Origin: a virus
Reading direction: 5' to 3' (one strand)
Virus record (IMG/VR): IMGVR_UViG_3300034101_001153
Coordinates: 32,177-96,176 of that record
DNA: 64,000 bases
Shown: positions 49,711 to 59,440 of the stretch, piece after piece
Layout of the letters: each line of letters begins with the position of its first letter
How positions within the stretch are numbered: the first letter of the stretch is position 1
The notes under the pieces: model-generated
Told to the model about the DNA's origin: nothing
What the model saw: only the letters and a program-made list of their open reading frames with translations
Database searches by the model: none
Position numbers and translations under genes: made by a program

Positions 49711-52700
49711 CTAAGAAATATTAAAGGCATCTCTCATCCAATCAGTAATTAGGTCTACGTCAGTCTTTGAATGTGCTGTATTAAATACGACAACAGCAGC
49801 AATATCTCCATTGAGATATGAGTTTGCTCCGCTAGGAGTTTGTCTGTATCCAATTCTTGCGGCAGAAGAATAACTTCCAGTTCCAACATTTCCAGAAACG
49901 ACAGATGAGTTTACAAACAATGAACTTGAATTATTATTAAATACTCCAGCAATTACATTGAAATTAGAGTTTACTGATGGACCTACTAGTACTTGACCAG
50001 CCGCCATTCTAAATGTATTTGATTCAGTGTATATGGCTGGGGCTGATGCAGAATGTCCAATCAATGTATCATTCGAACCAAAAGATCTTCCTGCTATGTA
50101 TACTGTCATTGGCTGATTTATTGCAACGCTAGAAGTAAAATAATGCGTCAATCCATTAAATTTATATATGGGCCTATCATCAAAAACTTGTAACGCATCA
50201 TAATATACTGCTGGTGATCCAGATACTACTGATCCAGCATAAATTGCCATATTGTCCCAATAGACAGGATCACCAGTAATAGAAGACCCATTATAGTAGC
50301 GTACCGATATCCAGTTTGTTCCTATTGGAACTGTACCTACAGCAGATAAGGTATATGTTCCTGGAACATTAGATGCTGTTCCAGAAGTTGCTGTTCCTAA
50401 TACTCCAAATCCTGTTCCACCACTTGTCACACTTGCAAAATAAATATACAATCTTCTTGAAAGAGAATTTAGCCCACCAGATGTTTGTGACTTAAGAAGA
50501 GATATATCTCCAATAAATGAATATTGTTGCCCAGGAAATAAAAATCTGTTTGCACTTGATGTATTGGTATATAATCCAAAATCCAAAAACGAATCCGAAT
50601 CAACTCCACTTGGTATTACTTTAATAGATCTATTTCCAGAAGATACTATGTCTGTAGAAGATTGTGCTGATGCAGCATTGACTGCGAATACAGTTACACT
50701 TCCAGACTCAGAGCCATTAGCCTGATTTATCGTTAATATATTTAATGACTGTTGCCGATATTCTGGATTATTTGTTGTGGAGACAACTGATGCTGTTATT
50801 GCGCTACCAGATAAACTTCTCCATAATCTATTTAAAGAACTTCCATCTGAGTATGGTACATTGTTAGTTCCTATTGGAAATCTTGAATCATACCATAATA
50901 ATAAATTCGGTAAAGTATTTAGATCAAGTGATTTAGACATGGGGCTGAATTCCACATCTACATTGTTTCTGTAAACTCTGATTCCAGAAGAGTCGGTGAC
51001 AAATATAGATGGTGTTTTTTGAAACTCTGGAACAAATGCCTGTGCAGATGCTGTAGAGGCGCTATGTATTCTTACTCTATCCCCCGAATTATCAAGTATC
51101 TCTACATATGATCCAGTATACGGATAACTTTCTACTTTTAGATATTTAACAAATGGAGGATAGACAAAAGAATCTTCAGCAAGAATGTCTATATCAAAAT
51201 ACAAATACTTGTCATTCATATTGATAAGATTAATCCACTGTAAACTATTTATTTTTTGTAACTTTGTCTTAGGATAAACTACGCTTCCAGAATAGTTGTA
51301 CAGTGTTGCATATATGCTCACCTGTGATCCAGATATAACATCTGGGTATCCAAATTCAAACCTGTTTCCAGAAATTACTGCGCTACCACTTTCTGTAACG
51401 GCAGCAAGTTGTGCGCCGTGAATGATAAAGTTTGCATTTCCGTATGATCTATTTCTAAATCTATTATTTGTTGAATCATATATTAATGAATATACTGGTT
51501 GAGAGTAGTTATCAATTTGAGAATACGTAGAAGCAGTTAATGAATTTCTTGCAACAATAAATGAATGAAATGTTCCAGTAAATTGTCCAGGATTAAATGT
51601 TCCTAATGTATAGTCTTCTTCATAAGTAAGGGCACTTCCAATTCTAATAACAGAAGTATCTGTTGGTGGGAAAATATCTGCTGAAGGATCGACTCCAAAT
51701 GAACTTCCAGAGTATGTTGTCATAGACGCAGTTTGTAGTGCAGAACCAGAAAGAGCAAAATAGAACTTTGTTTCATTGTCATATGACATTCCTAATATTG
51801 CAGTAGGACTAGATGAAACACTAGGAACAATAAAAGATACTGATGAGTTTGTTACATTGTTGTTTACAACTAGATAGTATGATCCAGATATATTTGTAAA
51901 ATTAAAGTCTATCAGTGGTTGGGTTGGTGAATTTCCATATGACATAATTGTTTGAGGCAATCCTCCTGCTGGTAGCGCCCCATCAAATTGTACTTTTACA
52001 AAAAATGGATTTTCTCCAGAATTAATAATAGATGGTAAATTGTCAATATTAAAATACGCTGCTGAAGATGTGTTTCCAGCAGATGATGTAAATGATATTT
52101 TATTTCCAGTTAATCTTATATTATTATCAAATAGAACTAAATCTGGAACATCGTTGTTGTATGGTCTAATTCCATCTTGTGAGTGAATAAGATTATCATA
52201 TCTGATCAGCGACCAGTCATCTGGATCTTCAAAAAACCCATAGTATGACTTTCTAGTATTCTGAGTTGATAGGTTATAAAAGTCGCCACCCATGCTAATA
52301 AATATATTTTCATTAACATCTTTTCCTAGTCCATATATGTAATGAGTTTTTGCAGTATTAGATTTTACATTGAATGGGTATATTGCGACACAATCTATTA
52401 GTAAGTTATAGTCTGAACTTCCATAGAAATCAAAGTAGTCATTTGTTGAATGAGACAGGTCTATGTCTAAAAATATAGAGTTCTCATTATTAGTAATAGT
52501 TGATATTCCATTAACTATTAATTCAATGCCCGATTGATTGTGATTTAAAACGATATGAGTAGGTTCATCTAATTCTGCAAGACCATATGATGCTTCCATA
52601 TAACTAGAAGATGTTCCATACCTAAACATAAGATAGTTTTCTTTTAAGTACAATCCTATGTTTGGATTATTTCTTTTGGTTGCAATTCTTACTTCTCTTG

Positions 52701-53010
52701 ATGGAACTTTATCTGCTCTCATCCAAAATTCTATACATGACTCTCTTCTGCCATATAACTCAGAAAATCTACTTAGTAGTGGAATGCTTATATTTGGAGT
52801 GGCTGAACTTGATAGTTTTAATACTTTACCTCCACCAAATACTATTGGAATATCCCATACAGAAGTAGCGGAGGCATTAACTGATGCCGCATAAAAACTT
52901 GCTGATGTTGAGTAGAAACTAACAGGATTGGACACAGATGATGACTCATTGATGTTATCAAATGGCCAGACGATATCTGGTTTATCCTGTAATATTAATC
53001 TGCTGTACAC
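49711..53010 (-). CDS. large LamG/concanavalin-A-domain virion protein
   Basis: CIEFW...THIVL...IDCVAIY; LLLWYDS...LNGDIAAVVVFN. Confidence 0.75.
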   Translation of the reverse strand: MYSRLILQDKPDIVWPFDNINESSSVSNPVSFYSTSASFYAASVNASATSVWDIPIVFGGGKVLKLSSSATPNISIPLLSRFSELYGRRESCIEFWMRADKVPSREVRIATKRNNPNIGLYLKENYLMFRYGTSSSYMEASYGLAELDEPTHIVLNHNQSGIELIVNGISTITNNENSIFLDIDLSHSTNDYFDFYGSSDYNLLIDCVAIYPFNVKSNTAKTHYIYGLGKDVNENIFISMGGDFYNLSTQNTRKSYYGFFEDPDDWSLIRYDNLIHSQDGIRPYNNDVPDLVLFDNNIRLTGNKISFTSSAGNTSSAAYFNIDNLPSIINSGENPFFVKVQFDGALPAGGLPQTIMSYGNSPTQPLIDFNFTNISGSYYLVVNNNVTNSSVSFIVPSVSSSPTAILGMSYDNETKFYFALSGSALQTASMTTYSGSSFGVDPSADIFPPTDTSVIRIGSALTYEEDYTLGTFNPGQFTGTFHSFIVARNSLTASTYSQIDNYSQPVYSLIYDSTNNRFRNRSYGNANFIIHGAQLAAVTESGSAVISGNRFEFGYPDVISGSQVSIYATLYNYSGSVVYPKTKLQKINSLQWINLINMNDKYLYFDIDILAEDSFVYPPFVKYLKVESYPYTGSYVEILDNSGDRVRIHSASTASAQAFVPEFQKTPSIFVTDSSGIRVYRNNVDVEFSPMSKSLDLNTLPNLLLWYDSRFPIGTNNVPYSDGSSLNRLWRSLSGSAITASVVSTTNNPEYRQQSLNILTINQANGSESGSVTVFAVNAASAQSSTDIVSSGNRSIKVIPSGVDSDSFLDFGLYTNTSSANRFLFPGQQYSFIGDISLLKSQTSGGLNSLSRRLYIYFASVTSGGTGFGVLGTATSGTASNVPGTYTLSAVGTVPIGTNWISVRYYNGSSITGDPVYWDNMAIYAGSVVSGSPAVYYDALQVFDDRPIYKFNGLTHYFTSSVAINQPMTVYIAGRSFGSNDTLIGHSASAPAIYTESNTFRMAAGQVLVGPSVNSNFNVIAGVFNNNSSSLFVNSSVVSGNVGTGSYSSAARIGYRQTPSGANSYLNGDIAAVVVFNTAHSKTDVDLITDWMRDAFNIS

Positions 53011-53022
53011 AGAGCCTCCGAA

Positions 53023-54960
53023 TTATAACTGAGTTATATCGCACGCTCCTGCAACACATGCTAGTTCTTGGCTTCCAGTTGTACCATCAAATGTTTCATA
53101 GTAATTTAGCCAGTTCCAGTCTAATGTTGCAGGAGTTTTCTCCAATATCTCATTATACTCTATTTCGGAGATTTCCTGATAAGGTGCTTGCTGGTATGTA
53201 TGATCTGAATATGGTAAGAATGAAATACCAGAAATTTCATCTATATGCTTATATACCCAAGCGCCTACTTCCATCCATTCATCTTCTTTTACAGATACTG
53301 TAATAGAAGGCTTATGCTCTGTCCAATATCTTTGATATGCAAGCCATAGTTTTAAATGTTCTACTGCACCAAGGTCATTTCTTGTAAGAGCGCCTTCAGG
53401 TGCCTTAATTGGAAATGTGAATACTGTTGTGTCATTTGGCTTCATTACATCTGGCTCATTAATGACACCAGCATCTTTTAGGAATGTTGTTACTGGATCT
53501 TTATTGTCTGCACGGATAGTACGAGCGTAGTATTGACTATGCCATGTATGCATACCGCTTGAGCAGTTTACTAATTGAGATACTGTTCCAGAAGGCTTTA
53601 CGCATGTTACTGCTGTAGATTGATTAATTCCAAGTATTGAAGAATATTCTTTATTTACTTCAACAGCCTCTTGTCTAAGTGCTGTAAGCCATTCTTCTAA
53701 CTTATCTAATCCTTGTGATCCATTAAGAACTGAGTGACCAAATTGACCAGTCAACGAGACTCCAAGAAGTCTTTCTTCCTCTGAGTTCTTTTGCCAAATC
53801 TTACGAAGATATTTAAAACGAGTGAATGTTGATTGGAATGTACCAAGAATAGTTGCAAGTCTAACCTTGTTTAAAAGATCCTCTAAGGTATCGCTTTCTC
53901 TAACGACCACCTCTGTAAGATTACAGAATTGGTATGGCCTAAGAATAATTTCGCTACAAGGGTTTGTTCCAAACTCATGGCCTGGATCTCTTCTTCCATT
54001 TTTTGATGCTACCTTTTGAGCGGCTGCCCTTGAAAATATTCCTCTTTCACCACTCTTAGAATCATAAAGAGATTTCCATTCTGCCATAAAAACTTCCATA
54101 GTTGGCTTTTGATCATATACGGCAGAGTTATTTGCTAGGGCGCGGTGACCACTATATTCCCACCATGACCCTGCTTTAGCGGCTGCCATGTTACGGTCTT
54201 CTAGGTCGGAAAGAGAAATCATGGCTGATCTTCTTACGCCACCGACAACTACAACTTCAGCAATCTTACACATAATGTCATGAGCCTCTAGAGGGGTGAG
54301 TTTTCTTCCAGAGGCACTTTTAATTGTTTCTACTGTGAATTTAAATAGACGCTCTAGTGGTTCTGGACCAGATGCTCTACCGCCAAATGTCTTAAGCCTT
54401 GCTCCTGCTGGGCGAACATTGGATACGTCCCATGATGGAATTTGTCCTTGGTATAAAAGCGCAATAAGTTCTCTAAGTGCCTTAGCCCATCCAGCCTTAG
54501 AGTCATCTACAACAATAGATGTAGATGAAATTTCAAAGTGTTCGTTTATTACTGGAAGTTGATTTACATACTTTGACTCTACTGAATATCCTACTCCAGT
54601 ACCACACATTAGAATATACATTGCTTCATCAAATGAACGGAGGGAATCAACTGGTAGATAGGAGCAATTGTATAGACAGGTATTATCCCTTTCTAATGCT
54701 GGTCCTGCCGTCATTAATCCACGCATTGATGGCATTACTTCTGCATTCAAAATTGCATTGTTAATATCTTCAAATACTTTTTTGTCTACTGTGTAATTAT
54801 TATTTTTCTGCAAACTCTCATAGATATATTGAGTATAACGTGATACAGTTTCGTTCCAGTCCTCTCGCCTATTTTCATCATCTATCCATCGTGCATACCT
54901 TGTTTTGTGAATTACCTGCTGATAGGCTGTTGGTAGTGAAACTATATCCATATTTTCCAT
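53023..54960 (-). CDS. nrdJ: class II (adenosylcobalamin) ribonucleotide reductase
   Basis: YNCSY, VRRSAMI, GTNPCSEI, CVKPSGTVS, C-terminal CxxxxC; no beta subunit nearby. Confidence 0.92.
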   Translation of the reverse strand: MENMDIVSLPTAYQQVIHKTRYARWIDDENRREDWNETVSRYTQYIYESLQKNNNYTVDKKVFEDINNAILNAEVMPSMRGLMTAGPALERDNTCLYNCSYLPVDSLRSFDEAMYILMCGTGVGYSVESKYVNQLPVINEHFEISSTSIVVDDSKAGWAKALRELIALLYQGQIPSWDVSNVRPAGARLKTFGGRASGPEPLERLFKFTVETIKSASGRKLTPLEAHDIMCKIAEVVVVGGVRRSAMISLSDLEDRNMAAAKAGSWWEYSGHRALANNSAVYDQKPTMEVFMAEWKSLYDSKSGERGIFSRAAAQKVASKNGRRDPGHEFGTNPCSEIILRPYQFCNLTEVVVRESDTLEDLLNKVRLATILGTFQSTFTRFKYLRKIWQKNSEEERLLGVSLTGQFGHSVLNGSQGLDKLEEWLTALRQEAVEVNKEYSSILGINQSTAVTCVKPSGTVSQLVNCSSGMHTWHSQYYARTIRADNKDPVTTFLKDAGVINEPDVMKPNDTTVFTFPIKAPEGALTRNDLGAVEHLKLWLAYQRYWTEHKPSITVSVKEDEWMEVGAWVYKHIDEISGISFLPYSDHTYQQAPYQEISEIEYNEILEKTPATLDWNWLNYYETFDGTTGSQELACVAGACDITQL

Positions 54961-55074
54961 CTCCGTTTTAAAAATAAATTAAAATACCGCTTTCGCGGTA
55001 GCATTTATTGTACCGCTTTCGCAGTTATAAGTTTAATATTTTTAGCAATAAATTGCTATGATATAGTTATCATT

Positions 55075-55287
55075 ATGATAACTATTCAAGAACTTCATTC
55101 TTACAATAAATTATCCGAAAAGGGCTTGGCCCCACCGTTGCCATGCCCTATAAATATATTAGATGGGAATATGATTCCTTGGGTAGATGATGAAGAAGTT
55201 CCCTGTTTTTGGTGTCTTTCTTGCGACACTAAATCATATCTAGGAATTGATCAAATTAATTTTATTAAATCGACACTTCATCAGTAA
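55075..55287 (+). CDS. small Zn-binding hypothetical protein (leaderless)
   Basis: TGATATAGT 7 nt before ATG; CP...CLSC. Confidence 0.7.
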   Translation: MITIQELHSYNKLSEKGLAPPLPCPINILDGNMIPWVDDEEVPCFWCLSCDTKSYLGIDQINFIKSTLHQ

Positions 55288-55603
55288 CAAAAATATTTCC
55301 ATATAAAAGAGTTGTTACTACTGATGCAGAATCAGTCATCTGAACATCGTATATCCAATTCTTTTTTGCAGACAGAAGAGAAGAAGTAGTTGCTGGAAGA
55401 GTTACTCTAACAAGACCCGCGCTGGCAGATGTAATATCTGCACTCATTTGATATAAAGTAGTAGTATTTTTTTCTTTAATAGCCGCTTTAAAGGTTGTGC
55501 CATCTGGTATACCATAGGCGCTTCCAGATGCTTTAAGAGCCATATTAAATCTTAACGTATCGCCTTTCCACAATTTAAATGATGAAAACGCTGGACTGCT
55601 CAC
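55265..55603 (-). CDS. BppU-N-like virion protein
   Basis: KGDT...YDVQMT...LLYGNIFV. Confidence 0.7.
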   Translation of the reverse strand: MSSPAFSSFKLWKGDTLRFNMALKASGSAYGIPDGTTFKAAIKEKNTTTLYQMSADITSASAGLVRVTLPATTSSLLSAKKNWIYDVQMTDSASVVTTLLYGNIFVTDEVSI

Positions 55604-56094
55604 CTTTGCACCACAACCTTAAAATTATTCATATTTGAGAGTGACCTAATCTCTACAGTATTATTATCTATAATATCCTGATCGACCATAACCGACTCAT
55701 TATCTGTATTATACACCATTATAATTGGGCTTTCATAACCAAGATTGTGATTTATTGTGTAAGTATAAACTCCACCTACAGGAGAGACATATGTAAGGCT
55801 TTGAACATATGTTAATACAACATCGCCAGACAATCCATTTACTGATCCAACAGCAGAAAAAACAGTGCCAATTTCAATGACTTGAATGTTGGATGATGAA
55901 TCTTCTACCTCAATCTGTGATACTTCATCATTGAGTGTCACATAAATTTGATCTACTGAATTATCAATATCAACAACTAAAGAACTTAAATTTAACTCTG
56001 TAGATATGTCCACATTATCAATTGGTGAGGTATAGTCAATTGATATCTGGTCTACACCAGTTAACACCTCTACATCAATTTGTGGATCTGACAT
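55600..56094 (-). CDS. virion-associated protein
   Basis: SVNGLSGDV, TINHNLG motifs. Confidence 0.65.
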   Translation of the reverse strand: MSDPQIDVEVLTGVDQISIDYTSPIDNVDISTELNLSSLVVDIDNSVDQIYVTLNDEVSQIEVEDSSSNIQVIEIGTVFSAVGSVNGLSGDVVLTYVQSLTYVSPVGGVYTYTINHNLGYESPIIMVYNTDNESVMVDQDIIDNNTVEIRSLSNMNNFKVVVQR

Positions 56095-56482
56095 TCACGC
56101 CCAACTTCTCTTCAACTAGTTCAAGTCTTAATTGTATCTTGTCAATGGTATCTCTCATGCTAGTACCATGATTAGGATGCACTTCTTTTTCAATAGAAAC
56201 TACTTTGTTTTCAATTTTTTTAATTACAGAAGAAAGATCATATATTGAGTCAACCTTGCCTGAAACGTTTTGCATACACTCTTCAAGGTCTTTTATTCTT
56301 TCAGGAAAACCAGGCTGGCGGTGGTGGCCTGGCCTTTCCTCTACTCCATTAAAATCATCTAAAAATCTTGTTACGTTACCTATCATTGAAAAAACTTTTT
56401 TACTAAAAATAGTAAGAACAGTAACAGCAGTCACTATACTTGCTAGTAATAATAATGTTTCGACCGCTCCCATTGACAACAT
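56075..56482 (-). CDS. membrane-anchored coiled-coil protein (lysis cassette)
   Basis: N-terminal TM; PNHGTSMRD motif seen in actinophage membrane proteins. Confidence 0.7.
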   Translation of the reverse strand: MLSMGAVETLLLLASIVTAVTVLTIFSKKVFSMIGNVTRFLDDFNGVEERPGHHRQPGFPERIKDLEECMQNVSGKVDSIYDLSSVIKKIENKVVSIEKEVHPNHGTSMRDTIDKIQLRLELVEEKLGVNVRSTN

Positions 56483-56532
56483 TTGACCACCTATGAAATT
56501 GTGATTGTTCTTACATTATACCAATTTCAATA

Positions 56533-57438
56533 TTATGGCTTCACCCCACCGAACATTCTATTTTGAGTTTTCTTTGAGAATTTTCCAGTAGGTTCCCATC
56601 CTTGTTTCTTCTGAAATTCAGTTACTGCTTTTTCTGGATAGGATGGTCTTGTTTTGTTTGGCTTATTCTTTCTAAACCCAAGATCATACAATCTGCATTG
56701 TAATCTATATGTTTCAGCCTTATCTCCTGCACGGACGGCTGCTCTTGATGGAATTATGCCATCCCATAATCCATTATTCTTAACATACTTAACTGCTTCT
56801 TGACGCCAGAAAATTGGATTATAGTTTTCTGCAACTTTGCTTCCTGGGTACTCTCTCCATGCTTTGTGAATTGTGTCACCTTTTCTTCCAAGATATGGTG
56901 AAGGTCCCTTTGGATTAACTCCGTATGAACCGTCAGTCCATGCTTGATGTGTCACAATGCGATCTGTTCCCCATCCACAAAGATCCATTAGGGCGGCATT
57001 GACTCTAGCAGTATACTCAATTTGAGAATCTGTCATGGTGCCGTATTTCAAACCAGCGTCGTCAATTTCAATTCCGAATAGTCTAAAATGTCCAACATTT
57101 CCTGCTTTATTGATACCAATGGAAGGCCAGGGGCCACCATCTCCACTGTGCCAGCAAGAACCACCAGAGGCAAGCCAAACATCACGGTCTCCACGACCAA
57201 TGAGCATATTTGCTGCTGGCTTATCATAAGCATTCAATAGCCACCACAATGATGGTGCGCCTTCTGATCCAGTAGCAGTTGGAGTTGCTGTGTGGTGATT
57301 TACTACTCCATAAAGGCCACCACCGTCATAATTCCAAGAACGTCCTCTAGTATTCCATCCTTCTGCTAAACGCAATGGAACTCCATGATCACGAATAGCG
57401 TCTGCTACTTGTTGCGGTGTGGGATTTGTATTAGCCAT
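56533..57438 (-). CDS. endolysin, N-acetylmuramoyl-L-alanine amidase plus PG-binding domain
   Basis: NHHTA, WHSG, GIEID, VTHQ; LQCRL...FQKKQG...TG. Confidence 0.88.
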   Translation of the reverse strand: MANTNPTPQQVADAIRDHGVPLRLAEGWNTRGRSWNYDGGGLYGVVNHHTATPTATGSEGAPSLWWLLNAYDKPAANMLIGRGDRDVWLASGGSCWHSGDGGPWPSIGINKAGNVGHFRLFGIEIDDAGLKYGTMTDSQIEYTARVNAALMDLCGWGTDRIVTHQAWTDGSYGVNPKGPSPYLGRKGDTIHKAWREYPGSKVAENYNPIFWRQEAVKYVKNNGLWDGIIPSRAAVRAGDKAETYRLQCRLYDLGFRKNKPNKTRPSYPEKAVTEFQKKQGWEPTGKFSKKTQNRMFGGVKP

Positions 57439-57584
57439 TAGTCTTCCTCCTCCATTGTCTCGCTTGCATCAAATACTTCAACTGGTTCCCACCCAGCAGG
57501 GGGAACCATGCTTTCTGCTGAAATGTCGGCAGCATCATGAAGTCCTTGATTTCTATCTGCCCATCTTTTAATTGAATTAAACAT
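57438..57584 (-). CDS. 48-aa acidic peptide between holin and endolysin
   Basis: MFNSIKRWADR...EEED; TAATG coupling at both ends; not in ORF track. Confidence 0.6.
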   Translation of the reverse strand: MFNSIKRWADRNQGLHDAADISAESMVPPAGWEPVEVFDASETMEEED

Positions 57585-57808
57585 TACTTTGAATTCCTTC
57601 CAAATCTTTTATCACTTGGATTTAATGCTGTAATGATCAATGGCAAAACGGAGGCTACGCCTGCGGCTACCCAAGTCTTAAGTTCAGTAATTGATACTGA
57701 AAAAACGTCGGCTCCATCAGCAAGAAACAGACCAAGAATTACTGCTACAAAAACTTTAGCATATGACTGTACTGCTCGTCCAACATTAGTATTATTTAAC
57801 CATTCCAT
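57584..57808 (-). CDS. holin
   Basis: Two TM segments and ALNPSDKRFG tail; start MEWLN. Confidence 0.75.
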   Translation of the reverse strand: MEWLNNTNVGRAVQSYAKVFVAVILGLFLADGADVFSVSITELKTWVAAGVASVLPLIITALNPSDKRFGRNSK

Positions 57809-57974
57809 TTTTTTTTCTCCCTTTCCTTGATCCTCATAACTGTTATGCATTACAATTTTCTACATATAAAGAAATGAGAAAAATTCTTAATATTATTATA
57901 TTCTAAAAATATAAAAATTATATTTATAAGTATACTCTTTCTTTTATTAAATACATACGAACAGGATTAACTAA

Positions 57975-58667
57975 ATGAAGATAGATGTTCTAGATCATGG
58001 ATATGTTAGATTAATTGGAAACTTCGGCTCTGACCTTGAAGTAGTTAATTCTGCTAGAGTATCTTATGATAAATCCGTAGACTTTATTGACTCTAAAGAT
58101 GAAAGACTTCTTGAATTTTTAATTAAGAATAAACATGATTCAACTCTTAGACATTGTACCATCTCCTTTGAAATTTACGCCCCTTTGATGATTGCCAGAC
58201 AATGGTACAAGCACGCGGTATCTAGTACTCATTTAGACGATCAAAACGGATGGAACGAATCGTCGCGCCGTTACGTTACAGAAGAACCAGTCTTTTACGA
58301 GCCGCGAAAATGGAGAACATCCCCATCAAATTCCAAACAAGGATCTGGCGATCCAGTGCATCCTGACATGTCTGCACGCATTAGCGAGCGACTTAAGTAT
58401 CATATTGACGAATCTGTCAATTTGTACAATTCTTTGCTCGCATCTGGCGTGGCAACAGAGCAGGCACGTTTATTTCTTCCCGCATATGCGATGTATGTCC
58501 GCTGGCGCTGGACAACAAGCCTTAATGCAGTATTACACTTTTGCTCACTACGTCAGGCAGAAGATGCTCAGTTAGAAATACAAGAATACGGAAATGCTGT
58601 ATTATCTATAGTCAAAGACTTATATCCTTTGTCAACGAGATATTGGGAGCGGCACAGAATTGGATGA
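57975..58667 (+). CDS. thyX: flavin-dependent thymidylate synthase
   Basis: NSARVSY, ARQWYKH, NESSRRY, EQAR, AQLEI. Confidence 0.95.
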   Translation: MKIDVLDHGYVRLIGNFGSDLEVVNSARVSYDKSVDFIDSKDERLLEFLIKNKHDSTLRHCTISFEIYAPLMIARQWYKHAVSSTHLDDQNGWNESSRRYVTEEPVFYEPRKWRTSPSNSKQGSGDPVHPDMSARISERLKYHIDESVNLYNSLLASGVATEQARLFLPAYAMYVRWRWTTSLNAVLHFCSLRQAEDAQLEIQEYGNAVLSIVKDLYPLSTRYWERHRIG

Positions 58668-58866
58668 CAATATACAAGATATCAATGAACACCTAGGCAT
58701 GGTTACTTTTATCATGTTAGGTAGAATATACGATATGCTTGCTTTGATCGCAGATGGAGTAGGCAAGGGTGAAGACGCATTGCGTCTGATTGAACTCCAT
58801 AGATCAGGGGAGATTATGTCACCGCCCCCGTCTTTAAACGTAGAGGAAGAAGATGAACAATCTTAA
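58660..58866 (+). CDS. hypothetical protein
   Basis: Coupled ORF. Confidence 0.7.
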   Translation: MDDNIQDINEHLGMVTFIMLGRIYDMLALIADGVGKGEDALRLIELHRSGEIMSPPPSLNVEEEDEQS

Positions 58867-59125
58867 AATTGAAATTATGAGATATAAGTTATCTCATGGA
58901 TGCATGATCTGTGGATATGATAAAAATCCTCATGTATTACATTTTGCTCATCGTGATCCTGCTACTAAGTATAGAAATAAATATGGCAAGGTTGTAGAAC
59001 CATCAGATATGATCAAGGGTCGCCACCGCCCCAGATATGGAGCAGCAACTGTATGGAAAGAAGTTGCTAAATGTGATGTTCTTTGCTCTAACTGTCATGG
59101 TGAGCAAACGTATCCGTTATCCTGA
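58853..59125 (+). CDS. small HNH-like protein
   Basis: CMICG...LHFAH...KCDVLCSNCH. Confidence 0.75.
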   Translation: MNNLKIEIMRYKLSHGCMICGYDKNPHVLHFAHRDPATKYRNKYGKVVEPSDMIKGRHRPRYGAATVWKEVAKCDVLCSNCHGEQTYPLS

Positions 59126-59232
59126 CGTTATCAAATCGTTATATTCTAATTTTAGAAAAATGTGAATATGTGTAATTCTTGTACGATGCTAATATAAAAA
59201 CTCAGCATTATGCGGATATTAGTGAGCCCATA

Positions 59233-59248
59233 TGTGACCTACCCCACA
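59233..59248. promoter_or_regulatory. CRP/GlxR-like box
   Basis: TGTGA-CCTACC-CCACA versus consensus TGTGA-N6-TCACA. Confidence 0.5.
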
Positions 59249-59440
59249 TAGAAATGTGTCCGATATGAGGACATTTGGGCATATTCCTTGCCTTTCAAGT
59301 TGCGATCTGTCATACCCCCATGCTAGGGTGTACCTATAACTAAATAATCCTGAGCAAATAAACCGCCTCGCGGGTGAGCCTCAGGCCACAGAATGTCAGA
59401 CCCCTGTGCTAGACTCAGGGCAGAAAGAAAGGAGATGATC

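Noticed and set aside
4620-54960. Inteins or introns in terL, dnaE, dnaB, recA or nrdJ
   Set aside because: Lengths are normal and no splice-junction motifs or interruptions were seen
5383-57830. Numerous plus-strand ORFs antisense to the large genes (e.g. 11894, 22412, 35737, 44983, 52962)
   Set aside because: Shadow frames of real minus-strand genes with no SD or recognisable motifs
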